A model generated the notes under the pieces. That model was not told where the DNA came from, searched no databases, and worked only from the letters and a program-made list of their open reading frames with translations. From the NCBI GenBank assembly GCA_905331295.1, contig CAJNYD010000035.1, positions 248,001 through 312,000 on the forward strand: a stretch of DNA of 64,000 nt, in the 5' to 3' direction. The position numbers and the translations under genes are program-made. Below are positions 1 to 13,405 of the stretch, piece by piece. This DNA is from Rotaria socialis. Lineage: Eukaryota. Each line of letters starts with the position of its first letter. Position 1 is the first letter of the stretch.

Positions 1-3000
1 TTTTTATCGATAGAGTCATTATTCATATCGTTTATTATCGAAGGTCGATTATCTAATATAGATTTTTCAGAAAAAGACAATCCATTACAGACATACATAC
101 GTTCTTGATTAACTGTAAGACTTGTATTGATTCCTCGATAAATTACTGGTTTTATGTGATAGGTAAGGTTTACCAAAGTCAAAAATCGAGCAGGAGAAAA
201 ATTCCATTTATTATTACATGGTTGGATAGAGCTCGATGGGTAGATCATGAATATCACCTTTTAAATGTTTCTAAGCTTACGTTTTGGCTGAGGAATTTTC
301 AAAATACAAAATGCACCTGAAAAACCATGTAGACGTGCTCAAATTGATGCCCCGCAAAATCATCAACTATTCTTTTTTGAAAGCATATCTCGAGCTTTCT
401 TACGTCATTAGAACAGTCAAGTGATAGCGAACAAAAGTATGCATTCCGTTTGAAAAATATTGTTCTCTCTCTCTGAGAAAATCGGTTTTTACTAGATCGG
501 TGACTGAAGATTAACGAATTACTCTCTTATTTCGAGATTTCGAGTATCAAAACTCAACTTTCACGCAAGATAAACATCAGATTCGCAACCAGCACGAAAA
601 ATTACATTGACTATCATATATTTTATCAAAAAAGAATTCTCATCAAAATTCCAGCCTACTCCCCCTCAGTCATGTTTTTCTTGATTTTATCCTGTGGTGC
701 ACCACAGGTAAAATTTTGGTGAAAATTATTTTTTGATAAAATATATGATAGTCAATGTAGTTTTTTGTGCTGATTTTGAACCTGATGTTTATTTCGCATG
801 AAAGTTAAGTTTTGATGGCCAAAACCTCGAAATAAGAGGGCAATTTGTTAAGCTTCAGTCACCGATCTAGTAAAAACCGATTTTCTCAGAGAGAGAACAA
901 TATTTTTCAAACGGAATGCATACTTTTGTTCGCTATTGCTTGACAGTTTGAATCATATAAGAAAGTCCGAGAGGTGCTTTCAAAAAAAAATACTTGATAA
1001 TTTTGTGAGACATCAATTTGAACGTGTCTACATGGTGACCTAGTGGAGCTCCTCAAACGTGAAGCGTATGCTTTTTACTCGTCAAAGTTACATTAGTAGA
1101 TTCAGATTTTCATGCTGAATACGATGATGACAGTTTTCGAAACATAGAAGATTGTTAAACTAGGTAAATTTCGATTTTTCTCGAAAAAAAGTGAAATATT
1201 CACTTTTTCAGGTGCATTTTGTATTTTGAAAATTTCTCAGTCAAAACGTAAGCTTAGAAACATTTAAAAGGTGATATTCATGATCTACTCATCGAGCTCT
1301 ATCCAACCATGTAATAATAAATGGAATTTTTCTCCTGCTCGACTTTTGACTTTGGTGAACCTTACTCAAGTTCAGGATACGTTCCATAATAAATGCATCG
1401 ACATCAATATCAGGCAACTTAAAAATACGAAAAAAATGAATATCTATATTTAATTTGGTTGACTGACTTCAGTTTTAGTACTATATTTCAATTGAAAACA
1501 ATTGTTTTGGGGCAAAGTCATCTTGCCTAGAGAATCTTGTGAAAAGAATCTAGGTGAATCTGAAATATCATATAATATTAACAAACGAGACTATATATGT
1601 AACTGATTTACTTTGTGATGAGAATGTTTTTTCCTCTACAATATTATTCTCATATTCGTTATTTTTTATTTTATTATCGTACAGATCCTGACTGCGATAT
1701 ATTGGATGTCGACGATGATCTTATGAAAAATAAAATGTATTCATATGAAAACTTCTATTAACATCATACTTTGATCTTCGTTTTGATTTGTTTCGACTGC
1801 AGAATCATATAGATCCCACATATTAAACCATGATTGTTGTGACTAAATATTTACGAAAAATAAAGATTGAATATACGGAAGAATCCAGCCAATGCACACT
1901 CGTGTTAACACAGGATCAGTGATGATCTGTTTATGTTTACGTAAATCATTAAATGTTTGCATACCACGTTCGATATATAAATCATTGCCTTGCCGATTTT
2001 TACATAACTATAATAAAAGTAAAATTGTCTAAAATATTTGTTAAAACAATGTTATTGAAGTTCTATGAAATGATTTTTCTCATAATAAATAGACTTTTGT
2101 GCGACAAAACTCATATGGTTATCTACTGTTCTGCAGAGGAAAAAGCTGCATGAAAAGAATCCGATAAATTACAAGAAAGACTGAACAGTAATACATCTTG
2201 TTTAATGATATCGAATATATTTGAAAAATGTCAGCCTATGAAAGAAAAAGAATATTCTTTACGTTCATGTAAGTTTTATTTTTTTCATTGATTTCATTGT
2301 ATTTATCATGATCTTCTTGGCAGACAATATGACTCGTCAGATCCAAAATAAACTTTGTTTCGCTTTCACTTAAAACAACATCATCTTTCAATGGATCAAT
2401 ACATTCTAGACCAAGTCCTATATTATATATCATTTATTATCTATTTAATACACTAGATATTTTGCTATCATTACCAGGTAGGAAGGTTGTTTGATATGCT
2501 TGATTCATACTCTCATGAGATATGCGATCATTTTCAGTTTGATCAAGTAAATGTTCACTTTCTAATATAATTCTTGTGCCTATATCAAGTGTTGTTTTTT
2601 CTCTATGATAATGTTATTAAAATTAAAGTTTATAAATTAAAGAAAAAAACTGATTTACCCAATAGAAAATACGGTAGCAGTATGAACAAGATTTGAAGTT
2701 GAATTTGTTCTATCGAGAATACTTTTTTCAGAAGCAGACTGTTCTTGATTTTCTAACACTAGTTGATTTTCTACTTCTCCTCTTGACTTTCTATCTTCAC
2801 GAAGATTTTTTCTATTAACTCGCAGATAATCAGTTATGAGTCGTGGTGTAACATCAGTACCATGATCATCTAGGATCTTTAAAAATAGATATAAACATCA
2901 AACGAAATATTAATTAATGCAAAAAAACAAAAGGAAAATATTTATACTTGAAATCGATCGGAACGCATAGTATTTTCTCGTGATATTTGTTCCGTTAAAT

Positions 3001-3151
3001 ATCCTGCATGGTTACATTTGCGACGATGAGATATATGATGAAATTTTTCAGCTGGTTTTGTTTTTGAAATCGAACCTTCGTGCTGATTATTTAAGCGTGA
3101 ATTTAAAGTGGAAGAAACTATTGATCGGCGGCGATGACGACCACAAGACAT
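1..3151 (-). CDS. DNAI4: Dynein axonemal intermediate chain 4 (WDR78) homolog, N-terminal part; continues beyond the window start; one exon interrupted by a TIR element
   Basis: Phase-consistent GT-AG exons 3151-2948, 2876-2659, 2602-2475, 2417-2263, 2007-1900, 1842-1770, 1719-1612, 1559-1468, 1417-101 (containing element 166-1362) and 52-<1. The translation has ILDDHGTDVTPR, LSESETKFILDL, LCKNRQGNDLYIERGMQTFN, WDLYDS and FIMERILNLSTYHIKPVIYRG, which match the conserved WDR78/DNAI4 N-terminal blocks as I recall them. Start codon uncertain. Confidence 0.85.
166..1362. mobile_element. Non-autonomous foldback/TIR DNA element with TA target-site duplication (Tc1/mariner-like MITE)
   Basis: 166-324 is the reverse complement of 1204-1362 (5 mismatches in 159 bp). 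~325-650 is a more diverged inverted copy of ~712-1035. TA flanks both sides (164-165, 1363-1364). Central perfect palindrome CCTGTGGTGCACCACAGG at 691-708. No transposase ORF. Confidence 0.9.
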
Positions 3152-3917
3152 CTAGAATTCGAACACATTTGTAAGATTGAATAAATTCAAGCGAATTTCT
3201 TTTAGAAAAAAATCTAGTTAAAAGTAAAAAAAATGAAATTCTAACGTTCTCAATAAATTAAAAAACGTTTGACGTGATTCATCAGCATGAATGCTCCTTC
3301 ATAAATCTATGCTAGAATAAAAATAAACATGTGTCTCATTAGTTCAAAATTAAAAAGACCTTTTTTAAATTCTGCTTTTTTGTTTTGAACGCTATAATTG
3401 AATCTTTCAAACAATTTCCTTACTATCAATTCGATCTATAAATTCATCATCATATGGATTTGAAGATGCAAAGAGAAATCAGTCAATGGATACCGAAAGA
3501 TGCTTATCAAAATCATATTTTAACAGATAGAAATACTATGTAAGTGATGTTAGCAATTGAATAGTAATCAATTATTTCGATAGGTAATTTTAAAAAATTA
3601 TAAACCCATCGTTAATTATTTTTTTAAATAATTGCGAAGATCTAAAATTTAACTGATTAAACATGATTTGTACTTTTTCAAAATATAATTAATCTGGAAA
3701 AATGCGCAGCAACAGCTTGACTATAAAACACTGCTTAATCATTCCTTCTACGTTTTCTATTTCAAACTATTTTGTACGCGTGTATTATTATAATTAATTT
3801 TAGGCCTTACAGAAAACAAGAAACGTAAATTTATCAGAAAATCTGCCTGCACAACTAGTTTTATGAATTTCAATCTTCATTATTTTCCAAAGTGAATTTA
3901 AGCAGTAGGATACACGA

Positions 3918-3990
3918 TACCCCCCCCCCCCATAGTAGAAGCCCCCCGGGGGCTTCTCAACTGAGAGGGGCTTCTATTATCGGGGGGAGG
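3918..3990. repeat. GC-rich nested inverted repeat (ATAGTAGAAGCCCC / GGGGCTTCTATTAT), probable TE terminal remnant
   Basis: C-run, AGAAGCCCCCCGGGGGCTTCT near-palindrome at 3937-3957, second GGGGCTTCTATTAT at 3967-3980, then a G-run, all in very AT-rich DNA. Confidence 0.55.
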
Positions 3991-6171
3991 AGATCCGGCT
4001 GATTATCTTTCTTCAAGGTATCATATAGCTGTCTTTTACATAAACGATTAGCTATTTACGAAGAGTAAAAGCTAGCATTAAAAATTCCTTTCTTTTTCTA
4101 TGTACAGTTGCCTTGATAAGATAAATGTGAGAAACTACTTTTGAGTTTCATGTTTATCGATAAGCATTGTCTGATGTTTCGTGAATATATCATTTTCAAT
4201 TTTGTCATTATTTGATTTTTATATTAAATTATATTAATCAATAGACAAAAGAATCAATAAATAATTAAGAACCAAAACAAAATTGAACTATGATGAAAAA
4301 AAAAGATCTTAAATATTTGTTTAGGATTTAGGATAATTACTGATTCATCTTAGAAATTTTATGAATGAATCCATCAAGAAATTTTTCAATCAATAAAATC
4401 ATTAAAAGTGTATTCAAATACTTTATTTGTTTGCAAATATTTATTAAGATCAAACCACGTTACACATTGGTACACTGACTGCCATCAGTATATATATATC
4501 TACAGTAAATTGTCGGTCAGAGAACAACTAACATTATATCACAACAGAATTTCAGTTAGAAGATAGCTCATCGTCTGAGCATCAAACTGTTACTGGTTAA
4601 TTATCAAAATATCAGTGCAACTTTCCTATTTTCAATCACCTAGAAAATGTTACAGATGCAATTGGTTCCGAACAAAAACAAAATCACTCTTGTACGCAAA
4701 AGAGCGATTGACAGAAAGGTGTACAGTTCAAAATTGTGATTCTAGCTTTCTAACTTTCAACTAATTGAATAAATAAACGTTGTGTATCGGTTAAAGTAAA
4801 TATATTTTTTAACATATAGATGTTTTAATATTTATTATTCTGCCATTTTTTTGCATATTCAACAGATATTCACAACTTTTATGTGCATAAATGTTTATAT
4901 GAAATATATTGAACATTGAATTGTTAGATTCTCTTTCTAGGAAGCAAGCATCTTTTCATATATACATTCCCTGGATAGATATTATATTAATTATACTGCT
5001 AACTATAAGTTTTTTGAAAGTATGATCAATTAATCAATGATAACGCATTGCATTGTTGACTATTATCATTCGTTTTATTTTCTGTAGTTTTGAATTGCCT
5101 CTACGTTAAGAAAATAGCCCAGATAATAGTTTACAATATATCATATTTAATTACTATGAAAACTTATTGTCTCTTAATTGGAATTCATTAGCAAACCTAC
5201 AGACTTTCGATTTTTATGATAGATGCTATATAGAAACTGCAATGCGACTGCGCGCGTACGGTAGCCATAATGATTACACTAGATCACTGTGAACCCTCAT
5301 AAAGATGATCCACATTCATCTAGATAACTTTGTTGAAGACAGTAAATTCATATTTTGACGTAGTTATATTTTGAAATAATTACTCATCAACGCTACGAGC
5401 AATATTGATTTTCATCAATATTCTATTGGTTTAAATACTTTTGACCAATCAATAAAAACTATTCTTATATTGCTTTTTTTTTTGTTTATTTATATATTTT
5501 TTAAATGTCAAATGAATTTTTATCAATACATATAATTCCGAACGGAATGATTTTCATTTCTGTTCAAAACCTATTTTGATGGATCTCTTTTATTGTTGTC
5601 AAATATTTGTCAATCTTTTCTTGCTATGCAAATGATCTTTTTGTGTCAAGGACTTTTGTCTTTGCCGATCTTACACTTATATATGTATAAAACTGACCTT
5701 GACCATATAAAGATAAATTCATTTTTTTTTAAATTCCTTTATTTCTTTCAGAACATTCTTTTTTATATTTAATATAACGTATCGATAAATAAAACTATTC
5801 ATGGTTGTAAACAATGTATATTAAACTAATACAAATATCTTCTATACAATATTTTATATTAATATTCCAAGTAAGTTGAATTTTAAAGAGAAAAAAACTT
5901 ATGCTGGTTAGATAAATATGCCGTCTTTTTGTTTCCTCCTTTTTGATAATAAATGAAAATTAATGGAGCATAACTTGTACAGAACTGATTTGTGCATAGA
6001 GGACAGCAACTATACGTCATTATGCGTATACGTTAATCATAATGGAGAAAAAAACATATTGAGAAATAATTTCACATGAAAATGTAAATTATGAAAAATC
6101 AATTATTATGTTGTTTCTTATCTCTGTTTTAGAATTGAAATATATGCAATTGAAATGATCATTTTACCAAA

Positions 6172-9100
6172 ATGAGTAAATATGAAATTCATCAAACAAA
6201 TCATTTAAGATCGAATTCATCAACAAAAAATGATTCATCTGAATCTAACAATGAATTTGAAGAATCTATTGATGATAGCAACACACCCACAACTAATGAT
6301 AATAATAACATTGTTATGAAAACACCTCAATCTCTTGACGATCTTCTTGATGCTGATGATAATCAAAATGAGGAAAATACAGAAGACAATGAGAATGACG
6401 ATGACGATGATGATGATTCCACACGATTAAGTATTGATGATCACAATACATCAGAAACAACAAGACGTAAAAAATCTACTAGGAAAAATGGTAAGCTTCA
6501 ACAGATTGTTAAATTAATGAATGTGTACGATTATGTAAACTATACGAATGAAGATCATCTTTATGATGTTCAATGCCAACATAGATCTATTGTTGTCTAT
6601 TCTTCTTCTTCTTCTTCTTCGGTTGAGAGATGTATATGTGGGCGTGTTGAATAAGTTTGTATCGATTAATCGGCTCCTAACTATCCACCAATAACCATGT
6701 ATGTATGTCTGTCTCAAGTGTTTCACTTAGCTATTCTCTTGAGTACGTCTGACCATCTGTATATGCCCTTCATATATAAGGTTACGCACATAGTGAACGA
6801 ATAATAGTCGTCTGGCCATGCTATGTATAATATTGACCGACCGAACGCTTTCACATCAAATTTTTTTTTGTCTTCCTATCATGTCGGCGACAGACTACAT
6901 AGACCAGCCGATGGCGAGACAGACAGACCACGACATAAAACACATGAATGACCTAGATCTCTTCGGTCATTCTTGTCATGAAGGAAAAAGAAGAAAAAAA
7001 AAGAGAGAAAAGAAGTCATACATTAAAGTAAATATTGCACGACGATGCCGATCTTGACCACTCATAAATTGTTCCAACTTCACTTAAATTTCTTTCTATG
7101 CATATGCTTTGTGTGGGCAAAGAAAATGAAAAAGAAAGAAATAATGTAAAACTTTGATGTGCTCAAAAACCCTAAATATGTAGCAAGTTACAAGGTAGTA
7201 ATACAACTACCACATCACTGTACATAAATATATAAAGACAAAAAAAAGGAAATATCTCTCGCTCTTCCGAGTAAACTGTAATTGCCTTTTTTTAACGATG
7301 ACGTTGATGCAACACGCGCGTTTGCTAACTTGCATATGTACAATCAGCTCATCTTTTTCTTTCGATGACGCCGTCGTCTTGCAATGAACATTTATGTTTA
7401 TGTATAGAGAGGAAAAGGGCCAAGAAAAGAAAAGCGAAAGCAGTAAAGTAGGGCGTAAAACAATAGTAATAGTTGCGCATATTGTGCTCTTTCTTTCTCT
7501 TACTCTTTCTCTCCCTCTCTCTTTCTCTCTCTCATCCACACTGCTGTTACTACTGTGATATGTACATGGTCATCGGTTCATGGGCGTTGTTGCACATACA
7601 TTACACACAGAGAAAAAGAAAAAGAAAAGAAAAAAAAAGAGAAAAAAGACTCAACGAACGAGCGATAATGGCGGCGGCAGTGGCGCAAAGAAGAAAGAAA
7701 GGAGAATAAGCAAAATAGTTTGCGCAGCACACTCTACTACTGACAACGTTGACTACTACCATCACCGCAATACATATACATACTACAATACATATGCTAC
7801 GTTGGCGTCGTTGGACGAGTAGCATCAACAACGCACCATCATCGAAGAAGAATTGGATGCGCTGAGCATAAACCACAAATGTTACGTAGCATTTATCCTT
7901 CGATATCGACTTCTAACTGAGAACGAGGAAAGTTGAGCATAAAATAGAAAGAAAAAGCCAATAACGATTGCTTTTCAACCATTATATATTGACCCTAACA
8001 ACAAATACCAAAGATCACTGCTTCACAGTTCGCACCCCGGATGGGTAAGATTTTGATTTATACTTTTATCATTCTTTTTACTTCAAATACTCAATTATTT
8101 TGGTTTCCTTTTGCACTTTTGTGTTAAAAAAATTGCATCTATTTCTATGATCATTATCATCAGATGTTCACATAGATATAGTACTTTCATTGCTGCTGAT
8201 GAGCAGAATGTCCTTGCAACCGTATTCACATTTAACTAAGTGCATGCCCTTGTTATTAACCAAGTTTGAGTCCGGACTGAAATTTGGCTCGACTTGATTA
8301 AATGCGCAATGGTTAATGAGTACGAGCGAGCGCCCGCGCACGACACACACACACACACACACCTAGAAATGCACGGTACTTTGTTTGTCCAAACGATTAA
8401 CGATGTTGCGCAAGGCCACCATGCACAATTCGCTCGAATTTCAATCGTCATCATCATCATCATCATCATCATCACCATCGAGCGACTATTTTGGGGGAGG
8501 GGCGAGGGGGCGAACGAGAGAGAGAGAAAAAAAGAGATGTTCATAATGTACACGTTCGTGTTACGTCTTTGTGGTGTTAAGAGAAACAACGCACAAGCAT
8601 TCGTGTACAAGTAAAAATGCATAGAAATAGTAACGATGTTGCGTCTTTCTCTATTCCTCATGCTTCTCCTCGTCATCATCGAGTTGTATGAGTACGAGGA
8701 TATATCGAGGGAAGTAGTTGTAGTTGTTGTATTAATAGTACTGTTGGTGATGTGATGGTTGCGGCGAGTGCACAGAACAAGAAGAAAAAAGGTCAAAAAA
8801 AAGCTGTACGCCAAAAGCGACCACGTACGGACTCGATGTGCGTATGTGCATGTATGAACTCTCTTGTCGCCGCCACTAGCGTCGTCATATTTACAGCAAA
8901 TGCGTTTTTTTTTTTATTTCTTTCGCGTCGAAATTTTTATTCATTCATATGTGCACACAGCTGTTGACTTTGATAGTTTACGCAACGTTCGACTCATTCG
9001 ATATTCATACATATGCGTTTACTTTCTCTACCTCATCTATTTAATATTTTGCATGAATATGCACAAAACGCACGGTGTAAAAAAGAAAATCGATTTATTA

Positions 9101-12100
9101 TGGTCACTAGTGTACAAATAATAATAATGACGTGTGCATGCGTATGTATGTGCGTGTGTACACATGTTGCTCCATTAACTAGTTTGATGATTTTTCATTA
9201 TGAAATCAAAGAATAAAAACAAATGGAACAGAATTGTATACTGTGAAAATAAAAGATTAAGCTCAATAAATCTCAAGTGATCACATGTCGAAATTTTCAC
9301 ATGTGTAGAAATCTGTTTGTGCATATTAGTTTAGAAAAATGATCGCTTTTAACCATGATCAATAATTTGTAAAGAAAAAAAGCACACTATGTTCATCGCT
9401 CTATGATAGAACCAAAAACCAAAAAAACTAAATCATAAAAAGAATTTTGCTTTTGCGTTTAGGTCCAGGTGTCCTGGACGTTCCATCGCCGGATGTTGGG
9501 CTCGATGTTAAATTTGGTTTTAATGATTTATGTCCTGTCTGTGGTGACAAAGTCAGTGGCTTTCATTATGGTCTTCTGACATGTGAATCTTGCAAAGGTT
9601 AATAATTTTAACTTTTTTAAAAAGAAAAACTAAAGACAAAAGAAAGAAAACTTAAAATTTACCTTTTTTTTGATTAATTAGGATTTTTTAAACGAACAGT
9701 ACAAAATAAGAAAAATTATCAATGTATTGACAAACAACAGTGTCAAATCGATAAAACTCAACGAAAACGTTGTGCTTTTTGTCGTTTTAAAAAATGCTTA
9801 CAAGTTGGCATGAAATTAGAGGCTGTTCGAGAAAATCGTGTACGAGGTGGAAGAAATAAATTTGGTCCTTTATATCGTCGAAGTCGTGCATTACGTCAAC
9901 AAATAATGCGACAACATTTTGTAAGCATGGTTAAGGCACAACAAAATATAATGCCCAATGGTAATGGTATTGATAATGTTCATACACCTTTGGATATAAC
10001 TGGTGTATCAAATGGTAATGGCATGCAAGTTAAATCTGAGCCTGAACAGCCAAATCTTCATCCATTTCAACATATGTATTCGAGTTTACAAAATCCAACA
10101 AATGTTGGTCATTCGTCACATGTTCATCATCAAAATCATCATCCACATCATCCATCTTCGGCACATCATCCACATCATTATCAGTCATCACATCAACAAC
10201 AAAAATCTTCGTCGACATCAGCATCATCATCAACATCGTTTAATGTTTATCCAGATTTTTTTAATACAAATACAAATATTACAAATAATTCACGTATGCC
10301 ACCATTTCAATTAAATCCATTTAATAATTATTACAAAACTCCTTCAACAACATATGGACATTCACCACCATCGTTACTTTTACAGCCAACATCATCATCA
10401 TTGCCTTCTGGTGTATCATCAACAAATACATCAACAAATAACAGTAATCCAACATCAGGTTCATCGAATTCGAGTTCATCACCTGTTGGACAAATATCAT
10501 CGAAATTACTTGATTATCAAATTTCATCACCAACAACAACAGTAACAGGAACAAATGGAAATAATTCAACATCAAATACATCATCTATATTGAGTACATT
10601 AACTATGCAACAACAAGCCATTGCTCCAAATGATCCAATGAATACAGATAATCATACAGGAACATCATCGATCTATTTTTATAATAATCAGTATTTAGCA
10701 CCGAGTTATGATATGAACGATTCTAATAATATACCAGAAATATTAACAAAACTTATTGAATCCGATCAAGCTTATCGAGTATGAAATTTTCTTCTTTCTA
10801 TTAAGATTATTGAAATATTTTTATTGTGTTTTTATTTATTTTTAGTGTACTGAAGTTCGTTATATTGAAGATATTCAACAAATTCATGTTGATTTAGCAC
10901 GTGATGATGGTGATATACTAGTTGTATGTTCACTTTTGGATAAATTATGTTTTCTTATGGTTGATTGGGTATGTATAAAATAAAACAAGGAAAATAAAAA
11001 TTTTTTAATTATGTCTCATTTTTTTTTATTTAGGCTCGACAATCATTGTATTTCAAAGATATTCAAGTAAGAATTCATTTTTCTATTACGATAATAATTT
11101 ATTATGTATACATATATATTTAATATCATTATAGATTGATAATCAGATAAAATTATTAAAAGCAGCATGGATTGAAATTTTAATTATTGACCTTATATGG
11201 AAACAATGTCAACAACCAAAAGAAACTTGTTTAAATTGTATTGTTAGCGTAAGTTTTCAGTGATTCCTGTTTTGTTTTTAATAAACTTTTGAATTATAAT
11301 ATTTTTGTTTCAATTATTTTCTAGGCCAATGGTCAATTATTAAATATAAATTTAATTCAAAATCCAGCTGTTAAAAAATTAGCCGAAAGATATTTACAGT
11401 GTGTTAATGATTTTCGTCAACTACAGTGGCAAGTATGTATCATGCTGACTTAAATTGCATCAGATATTTATTGTGAACTTTCTATTTAGTATCCGGAATA
11501 TCTTGCATTAAAATATTTAGTACTCTTTGATCCAGGTTAGTATTGAAAAAAAATAATATTCAATAGAAAATCGAAATGAATACCTTAATTGAAATAATCA
11601 TATAGTATTAATTTTATTCATTTGTTTGATTTTTATTATTAATTTCAATGAAATCTATACTGTGACTGTGCAATTTTTTATTGTTTGAGGTGTAGAAAGC
11701 TTTTTGTTTTATTTCCTGAGCAACTGAAGCTGACACAATAAGATATTTATCTCACACAATGTATGATTTAAAAAATTCGAAACTTTCAATTCATAAAGAT
11801 AGTAAATTATATTAACTGAATAGTCTTAGATATAAATTTGCTGAACTTTTTGATTGTAAGAAAAATCAATTGTAACGATGAAAAAATTATTCGAATATAA
11901 AACATTGCAACAATATCTTTTCTTAAGTATAGTTGCTAGCAGCAAAAAACACATATTCGCCTACTCTCACACTTTTTTAAAGATCATTTCTTTTTTATAT
12001 TAAAATCTATAATATAAATAACTATCGCAACACTTCGTTAATATCAGACAAAATTGCAACACCGAATGTGTACAACTTTAAAAAAATGAATATTCATCGT

Positions 12101-12433
12101 TTTTATTTAGATGTTCAAGGTGTTACTGAATCAAGTCTAATTGAAGAAGTTCAAGAAAAGATTACTAATGCTTTAGGTGAATATACAACCGATCATAATA
12201 ATTCATCATCAACATCAAATCCAACAAAAACATCTCCAAACCAACAACAACAACAGATGCCAACAAATGAACAAGAAAAATTTGCTTGTATTTTACTTAA
12301 ACTGCCCGATGTACGTCTTGTTGGAAATGATTTAAAAAAATTATTACAATTAATTGATCGTAAACATGATGGTAAACTTCTTGATGGTTGTTTACTTGGC
12401 GAAATGCTCAATGGTTTACAATCAAATAGTTAA
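6172..12433 (+). CDS. ftz-f1: Nuclear receptor FTZ-F1 / NR5A family
   Basis: Exon 6172-6490 joins in frame to 9463-9597 ([25 protein letters not shown]5A P-box) and 9682-10778 (second zinc finger and Ftz-F1 box [22 protein letters not shown]). Short LBD exons follow ([35 protein letters not shown]). The last exon has an AF-2-like LLGEML and stops at 12433. Confidence 0.92.
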
Positions 12434-13030
12434 TTTAAAACAATTCATCAATAAATTATTGCACATATATTCATATATATATGTGCTCATTTTGTTAATC
12501 ACTCAGGTCCGACATAATTCTCTAATTCTTTATTTCAATGCTTATTTGCATGTTAATAGAGATAATTGTACAGTTTTTCTTTCTATTTGTTGTTTCAAAC
12601 AAGCACATCCAAATTTTTCCTTTTTTTCAGTCACCCTTGAATAACAGTGTTTATATGAGAAAAAAATTAAGAAAAGAAATAATAATCATATTTGTAACGA
12701 AAATATTTCGTTCTTTTCTTTACTTTTTTTTTAAACAGTGACATGTTCTCTCACTCTCTTCATCCGCGTCATTAATTTGTGCTCATTTTCCTTCTTTTGT
12801 TTTTAAAATTTTAAATCTATCTATCGATCAGAGAGTTGTGCCATTTTTTCTCGTTTTCTTTTTCTTTTTGCCTTTTCCCTGTTACTTTGCATTATTCGTC
12901 GAAATTTTAATAGTTATTTGCTTTTTCATTTTCCTTTTGACCGACTAATCGATCGACGACTCTACAACACAGGCAGATGTTTGGCAAATTCACGATATTT
13001 GTTGTGTTTTTTTTCGATAAAAGACTAAGG

Positions 13031-13074
<44 letters not shown>

Positions 13075-13405
13075 TTGATTATTATCTAGAAGATTGGCTG
13101 GGAATCGATGCTTTTTATGCAAAGTATTGACTTATAAACTATGCACTAAACATATATGTGTATTGTTTTTTCTTTTGTGTATCTATATCTATGTCTCTTT
13201 CTCAGGGATATACAAGTAAAATCTTTTTTTTTTAATACGATCTCGTACCAAACAGAGCCTCGCCTTTTTTCGCTATCTTTTAATTTTGTTTTTGATTGTG
13301 AACACCACGTGTATTGTCACTCGTGTGTATACAAATATTTTTTTTTGTGTGCGCGTTTGTTTTTTTTTTGAAAATAAGAAGAATAGAAACATAAAATCTT
13401 AACAG

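Noticed and set aside
105..1453. ORFs 105-320 and 1271-1453 as transposase fragments
   Set aside because: They are incidental frames across the TIRs with no DDE or HTH motifs.
6818..9216. Cluster of 60-190 aa ORFs on both strands
   Set aside because: Low-complexity translations of microsatellites and A/T runs inside the ftz-f1 intron/promoter; no protein-like motifs.
10003..10584. Overlapping ORFs in other frames of the ftz-f1 hinge exon
   Set aside because: Shadows of CAT/TCA/ACA-rich codons.
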